DNA of 57,270 nt, counting the filler, from Basidioascus undulatus (lineage: Eukaryota), in the NCBI GenBank assembly GCA_000826855.1. It is 6 parts of 6 records of this genome, joined end to end, with 100 filler letters (N's around TTAATTAATTAA, not from the genome) between each part and the next. Parts side by side here need not be neighbours in the genome. Positions count along the whole stretch, not along the records: positions 9,589 to 19,074 come from JTLS01001252.1; positions 19,175 to 28,649 come from JTLS01001253.1; 4 more parts are not named here. One strand, written 5' to 3'. Shown piece by piece: positions 10,767 through 22,762 of the stretch. The notes beneath the pieces were generated by a model, which saw only the letters and a list, made by a program, of their open reading frames with translations, was not told the DNA's origin and searched no databases. Both the position numbers and the translations under genes were made by a program. The number at the start of each line of letters is the position of its first letter. Within the stretch, counting starts at the first letter, position 1.

Positions 10767-12350
10767 TCACGGCTTGAACAAGTCCGCCTTCATGCTCTAC
10801 TCCCGCAGTCGCGGTAAGCCCGGGCGATGAAAGGGTAAAGGGGACGAGGGCGGACGAACCATTTTGCATAGCCTCGCGACGAGCCCGCCAAGCTGTACGA
10901 TAGTCGACACGCCCTCCAGAATGCGCATGTGCGTCCACCCGATCTCCTGTCCTCCTTCCCCTGCATCAGCGCCCGTCAAACTCCACCTCCCACCTCCACG
11001 ACCCCCACGCGCACGTACCCGAATAAACTCAAGCTTCGTATACTCCTGCACGCCCTCCAAGCCCTTCGCGACGCGGAAGATGGTGCTAACGATATCAACG
11101 GCCGAGTACCCGGCGTCCCAGAGCTCGTCAAGCTTCCCGAGCGCACCGTCGACGTCGCCCTTTGCGCACGAGTTCAGGAGCGCGGTGACGGTCACGGGGT
11201 GCGGCTGGTCGCAGACTTTGAAGACCGCGTCGGGCGTGACGAGCCCCAGGCCCGTGTGTACGGATTGCAGATTGTTGATCGCTTGGCGCATGTCGCCTGG
11301 AAGTGGGAAGGGGTGAGAAGGGAAAGGAAAGATGGGGTGGAGAAGGAGGGAGACGCACCTTCGGAAGTGAAGATCAGCGCGGAAAGGCCCTCGTCGGTGA
11401 CCTTAACCTGTCCCAATGACCGGTGTTTAACACCCGTTTAACACCCTCGGTCATAGGGGAGGCGTGTGTTGGGGGAAGGGGTCGGGGGAAGAAGCGCACA
11501 TTCTCAAGCTCGCAAATCTCCTTTATCCGCTTGAGGACCTCCAAGTCGCGGAGCTTGCCGTAGCGGAGGATGGCGCAGCGGGACTGGATGGGCTCAATGA
11601 TCTTGTTGCTCTGGTTGCACGCAAGAGCAAAGCGCGTCGTATTTGCGTAGAGCTCCATCGTCCGTCTCAGCGCCTGCTGCGCGCCCGCCGTCATGCTGTT
11701 CCCCCACCGCGCGGCCCTCCACTCAGTCTCCCTACACCAGCGACACACGAGCAAGTGGGAGGTGATAGAGAAGAATGAGGGGACGCACCTGTCCGCCTCG
11801 TCGAGGATTACGACCTTGTGCCGCCCCTCAGGGAGGGTGACCTTTTTCTGCGCAAACTGTTTGATCTTGTTGCGCACGACGTCGATGCCGCGCTCGTCGG
11901 ACGCGTTGAGCTCGAGCACGCCCTCCTTGTACGACGGCCCGAGCAGCGCGTGCGCGAGCGCAAGGATCGACGTCGTCTTGCCGATACCGGGCATGCCCTG
12001 TCCTCCGCCATGCAGGCAGGTCAGCGGGTAGGGGCAGCGCGGAAGGTTAAGGCGGTGGATGGTGGATGGTGGATGGTGGATGGGACGCACGGAGATGATG
12101 ATGTGCGGCATGTTCCCGTCCTCCGCGATCACCTCCAGCCGCTGGATCGTGTCCTGGTTCCCTACAATGTCGCTCAGGTGCTGGGGTCGGTACTTCTCCA
12201 CCCTGTTCGCTCCGCGTCCGTTCCTCAGTCCACCTGCTCGGAACGGAGAAGGCACGGCTCAGCGCACCAGGGCATCTCATAGTTCGAGGACGAGTCGGGC
12301 GCCTTGCCCTTGTTCAGGGCCAGGTTTGCTGGGGAGGATGTGGACGCCAT
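10767..12350 (-). CDS. RFC4: Replication factor C small subunit (yeast Rfc4 / human RFC2)
   Basis: YEMPWVEKYRP, Walker [49 protein letters not shown] motif [17 protein letters not shown]. Confidence 0.96.
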
Positions 12351-12424
12351 GGTTGATGATAGAGAGGCGATAGCAAGGGGAGAAAGTGGGGAGAGGAACG
12401 ATGAAGGCGAGGAGCAAGGCGCGT

Positions 12425-12436
12425 CCGACGCGTCGG
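12425..12436. promoter_or_regulatory. Palindromic MCB-like element (CCG-ACGCGT-CGG) upstream of RFC4
   Basis: ACGCGT at 12428-12433 inside a perfect 12-bp palindrome, about 80 nt upstream of the RFC4 ATG, with further CGCG cores nearby. Confidence 0.45.
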
Positions 12437-13141
12437 GCGCGAATGAGTTCGATGTCTGAGCGAATGCCACGCGCGTTTGCGTCTTGCCTCAGTAGCCTCT
12501 TTCGTGCGTTTTTCTGGTCCCCGACCCACATCGTTCTCAAAAGACAAGACCATCTAAGGCTTGATTGGATAGAGATTCTCTGTACAGGAATTGCAGAAGG
12601 GGCTGTTGCCTGAGCACTCAGGGTTGAGCCTGCTTACCGCCAGACTCCGGATCCCTTCCCTCTGTCGATGTTGAAGTCGACCGCACTGGGCTGTGATCGA
12701 CTGTCGTTTGCTCATAATATCCGACGACCTTACTATCCTATTCAGACTGGAGTAACCTTTCCTCATCGTACCCGAGCTGCTTGTCTTGTCGTCGATTGAT
12801 GGTCACGACTTCTCCAATCGCTCTCACCGCTCACCTCTGATGTTCTCTCTGTCGCACTCTCACCTCCTTACGATGCCTCACTGTATCAATGACTTCTCTG
12901 TCTGTTAGTTTCAACGCAGTCTGCCTCGGTGCACCGCGCCCTCCACTCGGCGAGTTGGGATGCTCATCCGCCTCGCGATCGCGGCCCGGTCATCCGGACC
13001 GCGTCTAACCGCTGCTGGCTGGCAGCCCGCTTTCATGCTCAGAGCCCGACGTGCGCTCTTCCCTCTTCAACTCCAATCCCAACCTTACCATCTTCTCAAA
13101 TCTCCTTGCCCCTGGGCCCTCACCTCACCCCCCACCTCACC

Positions 13142-14417
13142 ATGACCCTCACCCCTACCCTGACGATCCTCGAGCTCGAGGGCATGTACCCGGACGACAT
13201 CGAGGAGCGCCAGATCTTCGCCGCCCCTCCGGACCACACATACACGATAAACTTCGTCCGCGGCCAGCTCGGAACGAAGGGGAATGGCCCGCTCAGGCCC
13301 ATCTCGGAGCTGCCCGACGAGCTGTGCAGCCAGGTCGACGGGCTCATGGTGTTTAGGCATTACCTCACTGAGGAGGATATCAAGCGGTTCCCTAAGCTGA
13401 AGGTTCATTTTTTGAGCCTTTTACTGCGTTATTCTCGAAATGGAACTGAGGAGAAGAAAGTATAGGTCGTCGTGCGCATGGGAGTTGGGTACGACCGACT
13501 GGACCGCGCAGCGCTTGCGAAGCGGAATGTGACGGTGTGCAATGTGCCGGGTAAGCTAATTTCCTTCTTATTATTTCCCATTTATCTCGTCCCACTAAAG
13601 CCCTATGACCTGTTTCATCAGACTACGGCACAGCCGAAATCGCAGACCACGCGCTCGCGCTCGCGCTCACCCTCCGCCGCGGCGTCCTACTGCACCACGA
13701 GCTGCAGCGATCGACGCCCGCTGCGCCGTGGGCAGTCGTCGACACGCCGCTCGTCTCGCGCATTCAGGGCGCGACGTTTGGCGTCCTCGGCCTTGGGCGG
13801 ATCGGGACTGCCGCCGCACTGCGTGCGAAAGCTTTCGGATGGTACGTCTTCCTTGACTTGACTGTCTGCCCCTCTAACTTGTATCGAGTCTCATTTATCT
13901 GGCCCCGGAAATTCTCAACAGGAACGTGATCTTCTACGACCCCTACCTCCCCAACGGCGTCGACAAGTCGCTCGGGCTCGAGCGCGTGCGGTCGCTCGAG
14001 GACCTCTTCCGGCGCTCCACGACGCTCTCAATCCACTGCCCCCATACACGCGAGACGCGACAGCTGGTCTCCGCGCCTCTCCTCTCGCTCCTCCCGCCGG
14101 GCGCAATCCTGGTGAACACTGCGCGCGGCGAAGTGGTTGACCTGTCCGCGGTCGAGGCCGCGCTGCGGTCTGGCGCGCTGGCTGGAGCGGGGCTCGACGT
14201 CCTCCCGCGGGAGCCGATCCCCGAGCCGGCGCACCCGCTCATCCAGGCGTATCGGAACAAGGAGAAGTGGCTCGAGGGAAGGCTCGTCATCACGCCCCAC
14301 TCGGCGTTTTACAGCCCCGGCAGCTGGGACGACATCAGGACCAACTCGGCGCAGACGATGCGGGACGTGCTCGTCGATGGGCTGAGGAGCAATATCATTA
14401 CGCCGGAGACGGAGTAG
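13142..14417 (+). CDS. D-isomer-specific 2-hydroxyacid dehydrogenase, CtBP-like
   Basis: VRMGVGYDRLD, CNVPDYGTAEIADHA, Rossmann GVLGLGRIG, YDPY, catalytic R/E/H in NTARG, PREP and TPHSAFYS; three GT-AG introns. Confidence 0.92.
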
Positions 14418-14845
14418 AGAGGACGGGTTAGGCCCGATGGTCGGATATATTGGAGTTGAACCGAGAGAGCCTCGCTGTGTGATGACGCCAGGGTGCCATT
14501 CGAGGGAAACAGGGTTTGTGCATTCCGCGTTGGAGATGCTGAAATTAAGAAAGGACCCGTAAGCTCGGAGAGTAATCTTTCGACAGCTATTCAGCTTGGC
14601 GGAGATTCAGCTAGCGACTGTGCTTGAAAGATGGCTGTTGTGCATTACACAGCTGCTCCAGCGGTAGAGGGAGGCTATCTCATGTTTAAGACCATGCATG
14701 GGGAAGTTGGAATATGCGCGAAAGAGAATACGAAACAACAAACGCTCGTGCAACGGTGTTCGAGCGCAAGGCCATTGCAAACAGAAACTCGCAGAAACAT
14801 CTTCTCACCGCGCCGAGTCGTCTTCATGAGCTGTAGAGTGACATT

Positions 14846-15990
14846 TCAAGCTTTGGAGTCATGGAGATGACCCTCACAGTTCTCGCGGTAGGCCAAGGCT
14901 TCCCCGCGAAGGTACACTGCGACCGCAAGCCCGAGACCAAACGGCGTCGCGACGATAGACGCCGTGAGCAAGAGCGTCCTGGCGCTGTCGAACTGGTAAT
15001 AGAGGGCGAGATAGAGCAGCTGCCAGACCGTCAAGATCGCCACAGTGTAGAAGTACGGGAAGCGAAGGGATCGATCGATCGGCAGCCTGGGCGGAATTCA
15101 GACAGCGATGCCGGTGTCGGCCGGCTGGTTCTGCGGCCTCTCCTCGAAACGTGCGAGACGTGGAAGGGGCGTGAGAGCCCATAAGAGATGATTGTCGAGA
15201 CGGTAGGCAAACGCAGCCACGTTCGCCAAACCGCCGAAAAGGAAAGCCGGGGGGAACAGAGCCTGAATAGTCAAGTAGTCAAGTCACTGGAGGCCTGCCG
15301 CACACAGGCGGCGGAGGATAGCCCGAATTTGAGTGCGACAAACTCGAGAGTCCTAGACCGGACGTACGGTATGATCATTTGCGTGCCCTTTGAACGTGCA
15401 GGCCCTGTTTACGTGAGAGGTCAACTTCCATACGGATGGATTACAGCATCGCGAGACGTACCATCCCGGGGAGCAAGCTTACTAGAGCTTCCTTCAAGCT
15501 GGCTACGTGGTAAAAAAAGCTGCCCCGAATTGGAAGTTCAGGCCGACAAACACAATGGATCGAAAGGTGAAGCTGTCGGGCGCTGCTGTTGTCGCCCAGA
15601 CGACCGCGACCGTCCCGAGGCAAGTCACCAAGAAGAGCAGATCGGAAAGGCCGAGGGGAGAAGCGGTCGAGATTTTTTGCATATCGTGCATGAAAAACAG
15701 ACCTTCAAGCAGGGGTCGGTGTGAGGCTACAGCATGAGTACTAAAGAGAAACAGAAAGGACTCACGACCGTTTGCACGGCGGGCAACAGTTCTGTACTGG
15801 CGCCCGGAACCTAAGAGCTCACCGAGAGCGTAGCGTAGTCAGATGAACTGCCGCCTAAAGTCGCACATCAACTCACCGTCAACACTCCCGATACCCAGGC
15901 AGCACAGGCATGAGGCACCAAGTTGTCGAGAACCCAGCACGTCACAAACACAGAAAGAAAGTCCCCGTAACGAACGGTGATGCTGGTCTT
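14846..15990 (-). pseudogene. Fragmented multi-pass membrane protein of unknown family
   Basis: Several hydrophobic helix-like segments (LLFLVTCLGTVAVVW, AILTVWQLLYLALYY, TLLLTASIVATPFGLGLAVAVYL) on the same strand in different frames, with GTGAG donors. I could not build a clean model. Confidence 0.3.
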
Positions 15991-17579
15991 TTTCACCTCG
16001 GAGCACCTGAGGTGGTCAGGGCTGTACGCTTGCTGGACGGCCAGCCAGATGCGCAACGACCAGTGCGCGGTAAGCGCGGCGCCGACTGTGACGCAGAGAA
16101 ACGATCTGAAGAATTAGGCCGAGTTCCGCTTAAACGAACATGACGAGAGTGAGAGCAGTGGTGTGTGTCAGTGCGGGAGGCAGGAGGCAGAGAGGCGATC
16201 AGAAGGGGGGTGACGGTCAAAGGTCAAGGAGGATTTCAGAGGCTTGCGGGTCGAGGATCCGCGGGGCGGCAGGGTAGGGCGGTCACGGTCGCGGTCTGCG
16301 GCCGCGAGAACATATCGTTCGGAGACAATTTGTGTGAATGTTTCTTGGGACTTTGGCTGCAGAAGTCTCTTAACACGACCGGGAAGCAGGTGTCACGCCG
16401 CTCGAGTCAAGACCAGTCCATCTTGCGTTTATGGCCGGGACGAACTCTTGCCAGATGCCATGAATTGATTTAGGAAATTTTAGAAATAAAAGTAGCAACA
16501 TCTGTTCTTTTTGGATAGGTGAGGCAGAAGGAGAAGGGAGAAAGCGGCGCGACGCTTGAGGGGTGAGTTCTGGCTGCGAAAAGCCTGTCGTGGTCGTGTT
16601 CGCATACTGGTAATCAGTCAAGCTGACGTCGAGATTGGTTAATGAACACTACGTTTGGTAGACCTCAGCTCCAGAAGACCAAAGGCTCAACATGATGCTG
16701 AAAGTACGCTTGGCAGACGGTTTGTGTTCAAGCCCACGGCATTCTCCGTCGTTCACAGCTCTCAGGCGGCCTTCCGTATTTCGCGTGGGATAGCTCCAGT
16801 AAATGTATTTCCCATATAATGTGACAGTGGCAAACGGTTCCTGAGCATCTGGGTGGGAAATCCTCACACACACCGAGGAAGCAGGCCTGGGCAACGGAGG
16901 TCATAGAGGTCCGATGTACCCATAAATGGTTCACTCGATATATTCCATTCCACCGGTATGACGCCCATCCCTGGCTTTCGGACTGAGGGAGCGAAAAACT
17001 GCTCATTTGATACAGAGGCAGAAGTCGTCGAGGGAGTGTCCTGCGCTATCAGGGGGCACCGAGGTGGTTGAGGGTGGCTGGGTGAGCTTGGGGGACAACT
17101 CTACTAAAGTATGGAACTCAAATATGAGCTTAAGGAAGAAGATCGGACACGATGGTAGCCGCGACATCGCTGCGCGCAGACCAACACGCAGCACATGTGC
17201 GGCTAGCGAAAATTTTTGGAGCGCTAGCAGATTCACCTCTTGGTTGAAAAGAGATTTCCATTGTATTAAAATACATTGTATTCCCTTCCTACAAAGGTAT
17301 CAATTTCAAACCACAGCAACGGCTGTGTAAAAGAGGAGCTGGCATGCACTGGCAAGGGGCAAGCCCTCGTCGACAGGCTGCCTCGCATTCTCAACAGTCG
17401 TCACGAGCTTTCGCTCCACTTCAGTCTGAAAACATAACCAGGCTCATAACAACGGCCAGGGTATTGCTCCTATTCTCGCGGTCTGAGGAGGACAGATGCT
17501 CTGCCACCACACCTACAACTCGTCCCGGCCTGCCTGCGGTATCCTCCCCTAAGATCTGGATGTAAGTCCCAGACACGCC

Positions 17580-17993
17580 TTGGAAGCTTGGAAGCTCCCT
17601 GTTACTCATTCACTGGAACCGACGCTCCTGCCTAGGAAGCGTCTCAGCAGCGACACCGGTCTCTCGACGACGTCCGCCACCTCTTCCTCAGCCCAAAGCA
17701 GCTTCGAGCGCGAAGTGAAGCTGCACATAGACCTTCTGCGCGAGAAGCTAGCGCACAAGGACCAGCTTCTTCAAGCCAAGGACGAGGCGCTCACTATCCT
17801 GGGGATGACGGTCGCTGCGCACGGGCGGACCATTGCTGCGAGGGACGATCATGTCAACGACTTGAGGAGGACAATTGAGGCGAAGGACGAAGGTGCGCAA
17901 CTCCCGAGAACGAAGGATTGGCGTGCCCCGGCTGACCAGGTTAGCCTTCTAGTTATTGTGCTGCTGAGGGGGATGCTGGTGGTGGGACGATAG
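17580..17993 (+). CDS. Hypothetical small coiled-coil protein
   Basis: Heptad-like LREKLAHKDQLLQAKDEAL...LRRTIEAKDE and a plausible GTGCGC...CTGAC...AG intron. Start not defined. Confidence 0.3.
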   Translation: MEAWKLPVTHSLEPTLLPRKRLSSDTGLSTTSATSSSAQSSFEREVKLHIDLLREKLAHKDQLLQAKDEALTILGMTVAAHGRTIAARDDHVNDLRRTIEAKDEGAQLPRTKDWRAPADQVSLLVIVLLRGMLVVGR

Positions 17994-18579
17994 AGACGAG
18001 CTTGGGCTCGCGAGATCGTGTTGAGTGGTGGGAATTATAGACGTTGATGGAGGCCCTGCTGCACGCCTGAGGGACAGACCGTGCGTGAAAGTGGGGACCG
18101 GTGCTACGCAAGCACTTCCTTGGTGATGCACGAGATATACACCATGAACATGAGAGGGTGAACCGAGAAGTGAGGCCAGTGGTTTCCTCTTGAGGCGAAT
18201 GTGGTGGATAGTAAGCATTTCCAAGCGAATAGGCACAGCGATCGAAAGTCAAAAAGTCACGCAGGCGCGCCGACCCGTTCACTCGAATTGAGCCCTGCAC
18301 ACAGGGAGGAGTGAAAGTGTCGCTAGTTTTGCTTGACTGCTGCATGAAGAAGCGAGAAACTTGACGATGTAAGGTAGGGCCTTGTAGACAGTACAGGGGA
18401 GCATTAAAGATGTTTGATGCGAGACTCTATGCAGGTAAATTATTCGTAGCCGGTTGCAGGGTGCGAGAAAGACGAGTCGGACGGATATTCGCCTTGCTGC
18501 GGGGGAGATCTTGCTCAAAGAACCTGGGCGATACGTCTCCATCAGTCTGAAAATCCAAAGGGTGGTGTAGGATAAGACG

Positions 18580-18920
18580 CACTTCCTCCTGTACTCCAGC
18601 TCCCGCAGCACGTCGGCCATCTCCGCATGCAACTGCGACGGCTCGGTCTTGAGCTTGTGGATGTAGTCGACCGCTGCTCCGACCCTCCCACGGATGAGCC
18701 CCCATCCAGTTGTCCAGTGGCAGAGCTTCCCAGGAAAAGTATCACTCCTGCTCACCTTTATGAAGGACCCGCGCATTCAGGACTCTCCGGTGAGCAGACC
18801 ATTGTCCGGCAGCGTCTCCCGCCCCGCCTGAAACGAGTCCCACAGCTCGTTCCGGCGCGCCTTCTCAGACCCCATACGCAAACGCCGGACATCTTCAGCA
18901 CGTTTATGCACCTCTCTAAA
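18580..18920 (-). pseudogene. Degenerate bHLH-zipper transcription factor
   Basis: AEDVRRLRMGSEKARRNELWDSFQAGRETLP (basic region plus helix 1, ExxRR) and AAVDYIHKLK...LHAEMADVLRELEY (helix 2 plus zipper), with an in-frame TGA at 18777-18779. Confidence 0.5.
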
Positions 18921-19074
18921 TGTGCTATGGATACGTAAACCGATGCCCTCCCAAGTCTTCCGCGAAGCAAAAGAGAAGCGGGCAACAGACTCACCGAGCT
19001 TCGGCCTGCAGTCCGTCAGAAAGCACCGTCGGCGCCCCCGCTTCTTCACCGGGACCTTCAAGCCCACCTTCCCC

Positions 19075-19174
19075 NNNNNNNNNNNNNNNNNNNNNNNNNN
19101 NNNNNNNNNNNNNNNNNNTTAATTAATTAANNNNNNNNNNNNNNNNNNNNNNNNNNNNNNNNNNNNNNNNNNNN
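19075..19174. other. Artificial contig spacer
   Basis: 100-nt N/TTAATTAATTAA linker. Confidence 0.98.
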
Positions 19175-19192
19175 GGGGGGGGGGGGACGCAC

Positions 19193-20082
19193 CGCGCTGT
19201 AGGAAGTTGACGAGGACTGCGACGAAGAGCGCGGCGCAGATGAGGACAGGTCCGAGGATCTGGTCTGTGTGAGGGAAAGGCGAAGGGGAGCGGTCAGCGG
19301 GTGTACGGATCGCCGGGCTGTCTTCGGGCGCCGTCTCGGAGCCTCATCCCAACAGCAGCGGTCTGCTCCGAGCCCCCATATGACCATCCAGCACAGATTC
19401 CCAGCTGGAAATCCAATAATCCCCTACGACGATCTTCATTCCAAACTTGAGCAAGCCCAGCCCCAACCCCCAACCCCACGTCGCTCGCTCGACTCACCGA
19501 AGTGCCCCGGATCCCTTCTACGAATCATGGTCAAGCGCTTCTGGTATACCCACCAGCCGTAGACGAGCGTGATGGCGCTGATCACAGCGTAGACGATGCC
19601 GAACGCGCGGCCGACGGGGTCGTGGGCCGAGTTGTAGAGCGCGAGGGCGAGGGTGCCGAGCAGGATGGAGACGTTGATGTACGAGACCCAGGTGCGCTCG
19701 TTGGCGAACCAGACCTGAACAGTCCCAAATCCTCCTATTAGCCTAGAGTCAAGGAAAGGAGGAAAGAAGGAAGGCGGGTATGGGTGAGCAAGCGCACCTT
19801 CGGCTCGACGCGCACAGGCGTCGCGACCTTCTTGGGGATGCGCACGCGGATGTGGCCCGTCCCGTCCGGGCGCGGGATAGTCGTGTAGCGCGCGTCGGTC
19901 TCCTCATCGGGGTAGTCGTCCGCGCGCTTGGCCTTGGCCCGGCGCGCGGGGTTGGTCGGGAGCAGGGAGAGCGCGGAGGGCGAGAACTTTGCGGGGAGCG
20001 TGTCCTTCAGGCGCGTGTACAGCGACGGGCCGCCCTGCTGCTGCTGGGGCTGCTCAGGGGCGGGCGTCTGGGAGGTCGACAT
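19193..20082 (-). CDS. VTC1: Vacuolar transporter chaperone Vtc1-like (DUF202); last exon lost at the gap
   Basis: PVRVEPK-VWFANERTWVSY...YQKRLTMIRRRDPGHFD-QILGPVLICAALFVAVLVNF; three TM helices. Confidence 0.88.
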
Positions 20083-21484
20083 GGATGGGCTGGATCGGGT
20101 TGGCGATGGACTGGATGAGGGGGTGGATGGGTGAAGAGAGAATACGAAAAGGCAGAGGACAAGGTGACGCAGTGGACGAGAGCCTTAAGCACGGGAGCGA
20201 ATTCAGAGCAGCCGGAAAGCACGTTCCACGACGTCTGACAGATGCCACAGTGTCTTGAAAGTCTTGAAAGCGTCGCTGCATTTTTATGATACAAGACTCT
20301 CTTTTTCACTTGACTTGTTTGTCAGTTTACAGTTCCCTACGCAGAAGAGAGTAGACAGGCATAGTACGAAGGATTTGAAGGAGCCAATAACGAGCGGTGT
20401 GCGCAGCTTGAGCGCGATTTGCAAGGGCTGCAGACTTGAAGTCGCCGACTCTTGCTCTGGTATTGTGCAGAGCTGCTATGCTATGTCTGGTATCGGATAA
20501 CTGCTGGATTCAAGCTTTAAGGTCAAATGAGCTCAAGCGAGTGCGTGCGGCAAGCTCCGCTCAAGTAGACATCATGTGCGGTTGGCTGTAGGCAGCGTGT
20601 GAGCAGCTTGCTCTGAGAACTGCCACATAGGCACTGTGAGAAGAGAAAGGGGGTTCCCAACATAAAAGATAATACTTTCGAAAGGACTAACAACGATCTT
20701 GCCCTTCGAGTGCTCGTTTGGGATCGCCTACCAGCGCTCCGAAACGACACGAAGGGTACACACTGGGATACGCATTGTCTGTTGCTGCCCATCAATAAGA
20801 AGAATTGCACGCCTTGTTCTTTGCCATGCTGAGCAGGGTACCAGAAAAAAGCGGCACTTACGCTGAGCCTTTACGGATGAGCCCCTTCGCCGCACATTGG
20901 TGCTTCCCGCTCTCCACACTTACCCTTGCCGCTCATGATCCGGCTCTATCATTTGAAGGTTATTACGTCCTGATGGAGCCTCATTTTAATTGTTGAAACT
21001 CCTGGGGCTGATGGTTGGTCGCGAATAAGTGCAACGTACGTGCACCGTCGCGATGTCCTTCCTAACCTCCTGATGGCGAGCGGCCTGGCAAAGCTAAGCT
21101 GCCTCCGGCATTGGCCCGAGACTATCATCAGGGTATAAAAACGTATGGTACGTATTCAGGCGGGACGTTCAACGCTGATGAGGAGCGAACTGGGGCGCCT
21201 GCGCAGCGCTTGTGACATTCGCATGATAGTCTCGTCATTGCCGACGCAGTGGAGTTGTTGACCAGCCAGGGAGATACCGAGGGACAGCCAGAGGATTAGA
21301 CTGCTTGCTGAAGAGCTTGGTACCCCTGGATGTTGAGAATGTTCAACACGTGGTTCAGACGAACGACAGAGTACTGCCTGCACTCCCGTCTCGTCTTTAC
21401 TAGCCTTGGCATACTCCCACACCCCGAGAGTCAAACACATCCACCGACAGTCCATAACCTTATCCCCTAGTCAAAAGCAGGCCT

Positions 21485-22410
21485 TTACAATGCAACACCC
21501 AAGCCCGTCGCTAGCGCGGCTCCCACCCAAACCCCCCAGCGCGCGATAGCCGACTGCTCCGACCCCCGAGTCCAGCTCCATCGCTTCTCAAGTAGGCTCC
21601 GGGTAATAAGCAGCCGACGTGGTAGCGAAGGTCTGAGTACCCCCGCGCTGGAACGGTTCTTCCTCAGCGACCTCGAACGTAGCGTTGATGGAGAACGTCT
21701 CCGCTGTGTCCGCTGAAATCAGCCAGCTTCATCCCACGCACTCAACAGGAAAACACGTACTTTTGAAAGGCAGGCAAATGTACCACCTCATCTCCGTGCC
21801 ATTCCTCGCCTCCTCATACCCGTTCGCGCCGTAGAGCACCTCCGTCAGGCTCTCGGCCGTCCACGTCCCCGTCTGGTTTACCGCGCGGTAGAACGACGCC
21901 ACTCCGCCGCCCATGTACTCGCCGCAGAGTGTTCCCGCCAGTCGAACGAAGCGCTCGTCTCGTTTCAGTACACGCCGATGCTGCCCAGTTGGAGCTTGTG
22001 GCGTTGGAGGGGGTGGCGAGGAAGACGGCGGTACCCGCGATGAGGTACACGGGGTCGTCGAAGTTGAGGAAGGGGGTGATGCTGATCGCAACGGTTGTGT
22101 CTGCGGAGACCGGTAGGAGCATGAGCATCTTGTCAACGGGCGGGAAGCTCACGAAAGAAGACGCACTGAACGGGACGGTCGTGTTCGGGGCGCCGAGCGC
22201 TCCGACCGTCGGTACGTGTACCGTCTTAGCGGCAACGCTGCGTGCGAGAAGCTGTGGCGGATTTAGCGAAGGAGAAAGAGAGGTTCAAGGCGAAGTGGGA
22301 AGGTCTTCTTTACGACTGCCGGTAGAGTACGACTCACGCGTCGTCCACGAGGCTCAAGTATTGTGCCGGCGGTACCAGTTCCTGGATTGAAAGTTGAATG
22401 TCTTATCCAA
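21485..22410 (-). pseudogene. Decayed secreted / GPI-anchored protein of unknown family
   Basis: Coding-like S/T-rich peptide with many N-glycosylation sequons (NTT, NAT, NQT, NGT) and a hydrophobic GPI-like tail WVGAALATGLGVAL*. It is broken by TGA at 21588-21590, a probable TGA at 22354-22356, and frameshifts near 21970 and 21530. Confidence 0.5.
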
Positions 22411-22762
22411 CTAATAAGCTTTATCTGATACTGATTCGTTCACATGCATCCATCAAGTAACGCTGCTTCGAAGCGACCATCCCGCAGCCGGCCAGTCCAC
22501 TCTCCTATTGCGCCTCCTTTCCTCACGTTGCATCGGCCGCGCATCTCAACCACCTTCACTGATTCATAGGAGCTGTCGTTTTGTGATATGAGGACGACAT
22601 TTCAGTGGAATTCAGCGGAGCGTGCAAGGGCAGCAATGAGCAATCTGTTCGCCACGTATCCTGGCCAGCGTCGCATCAGCATGCACAATTGTCGCAAGGG
22701 TTTGCTTTGTTTACGCCTGCTCCATAGCTATCCAAAACCTCCTCCATCAAGCTTCTTATGAG

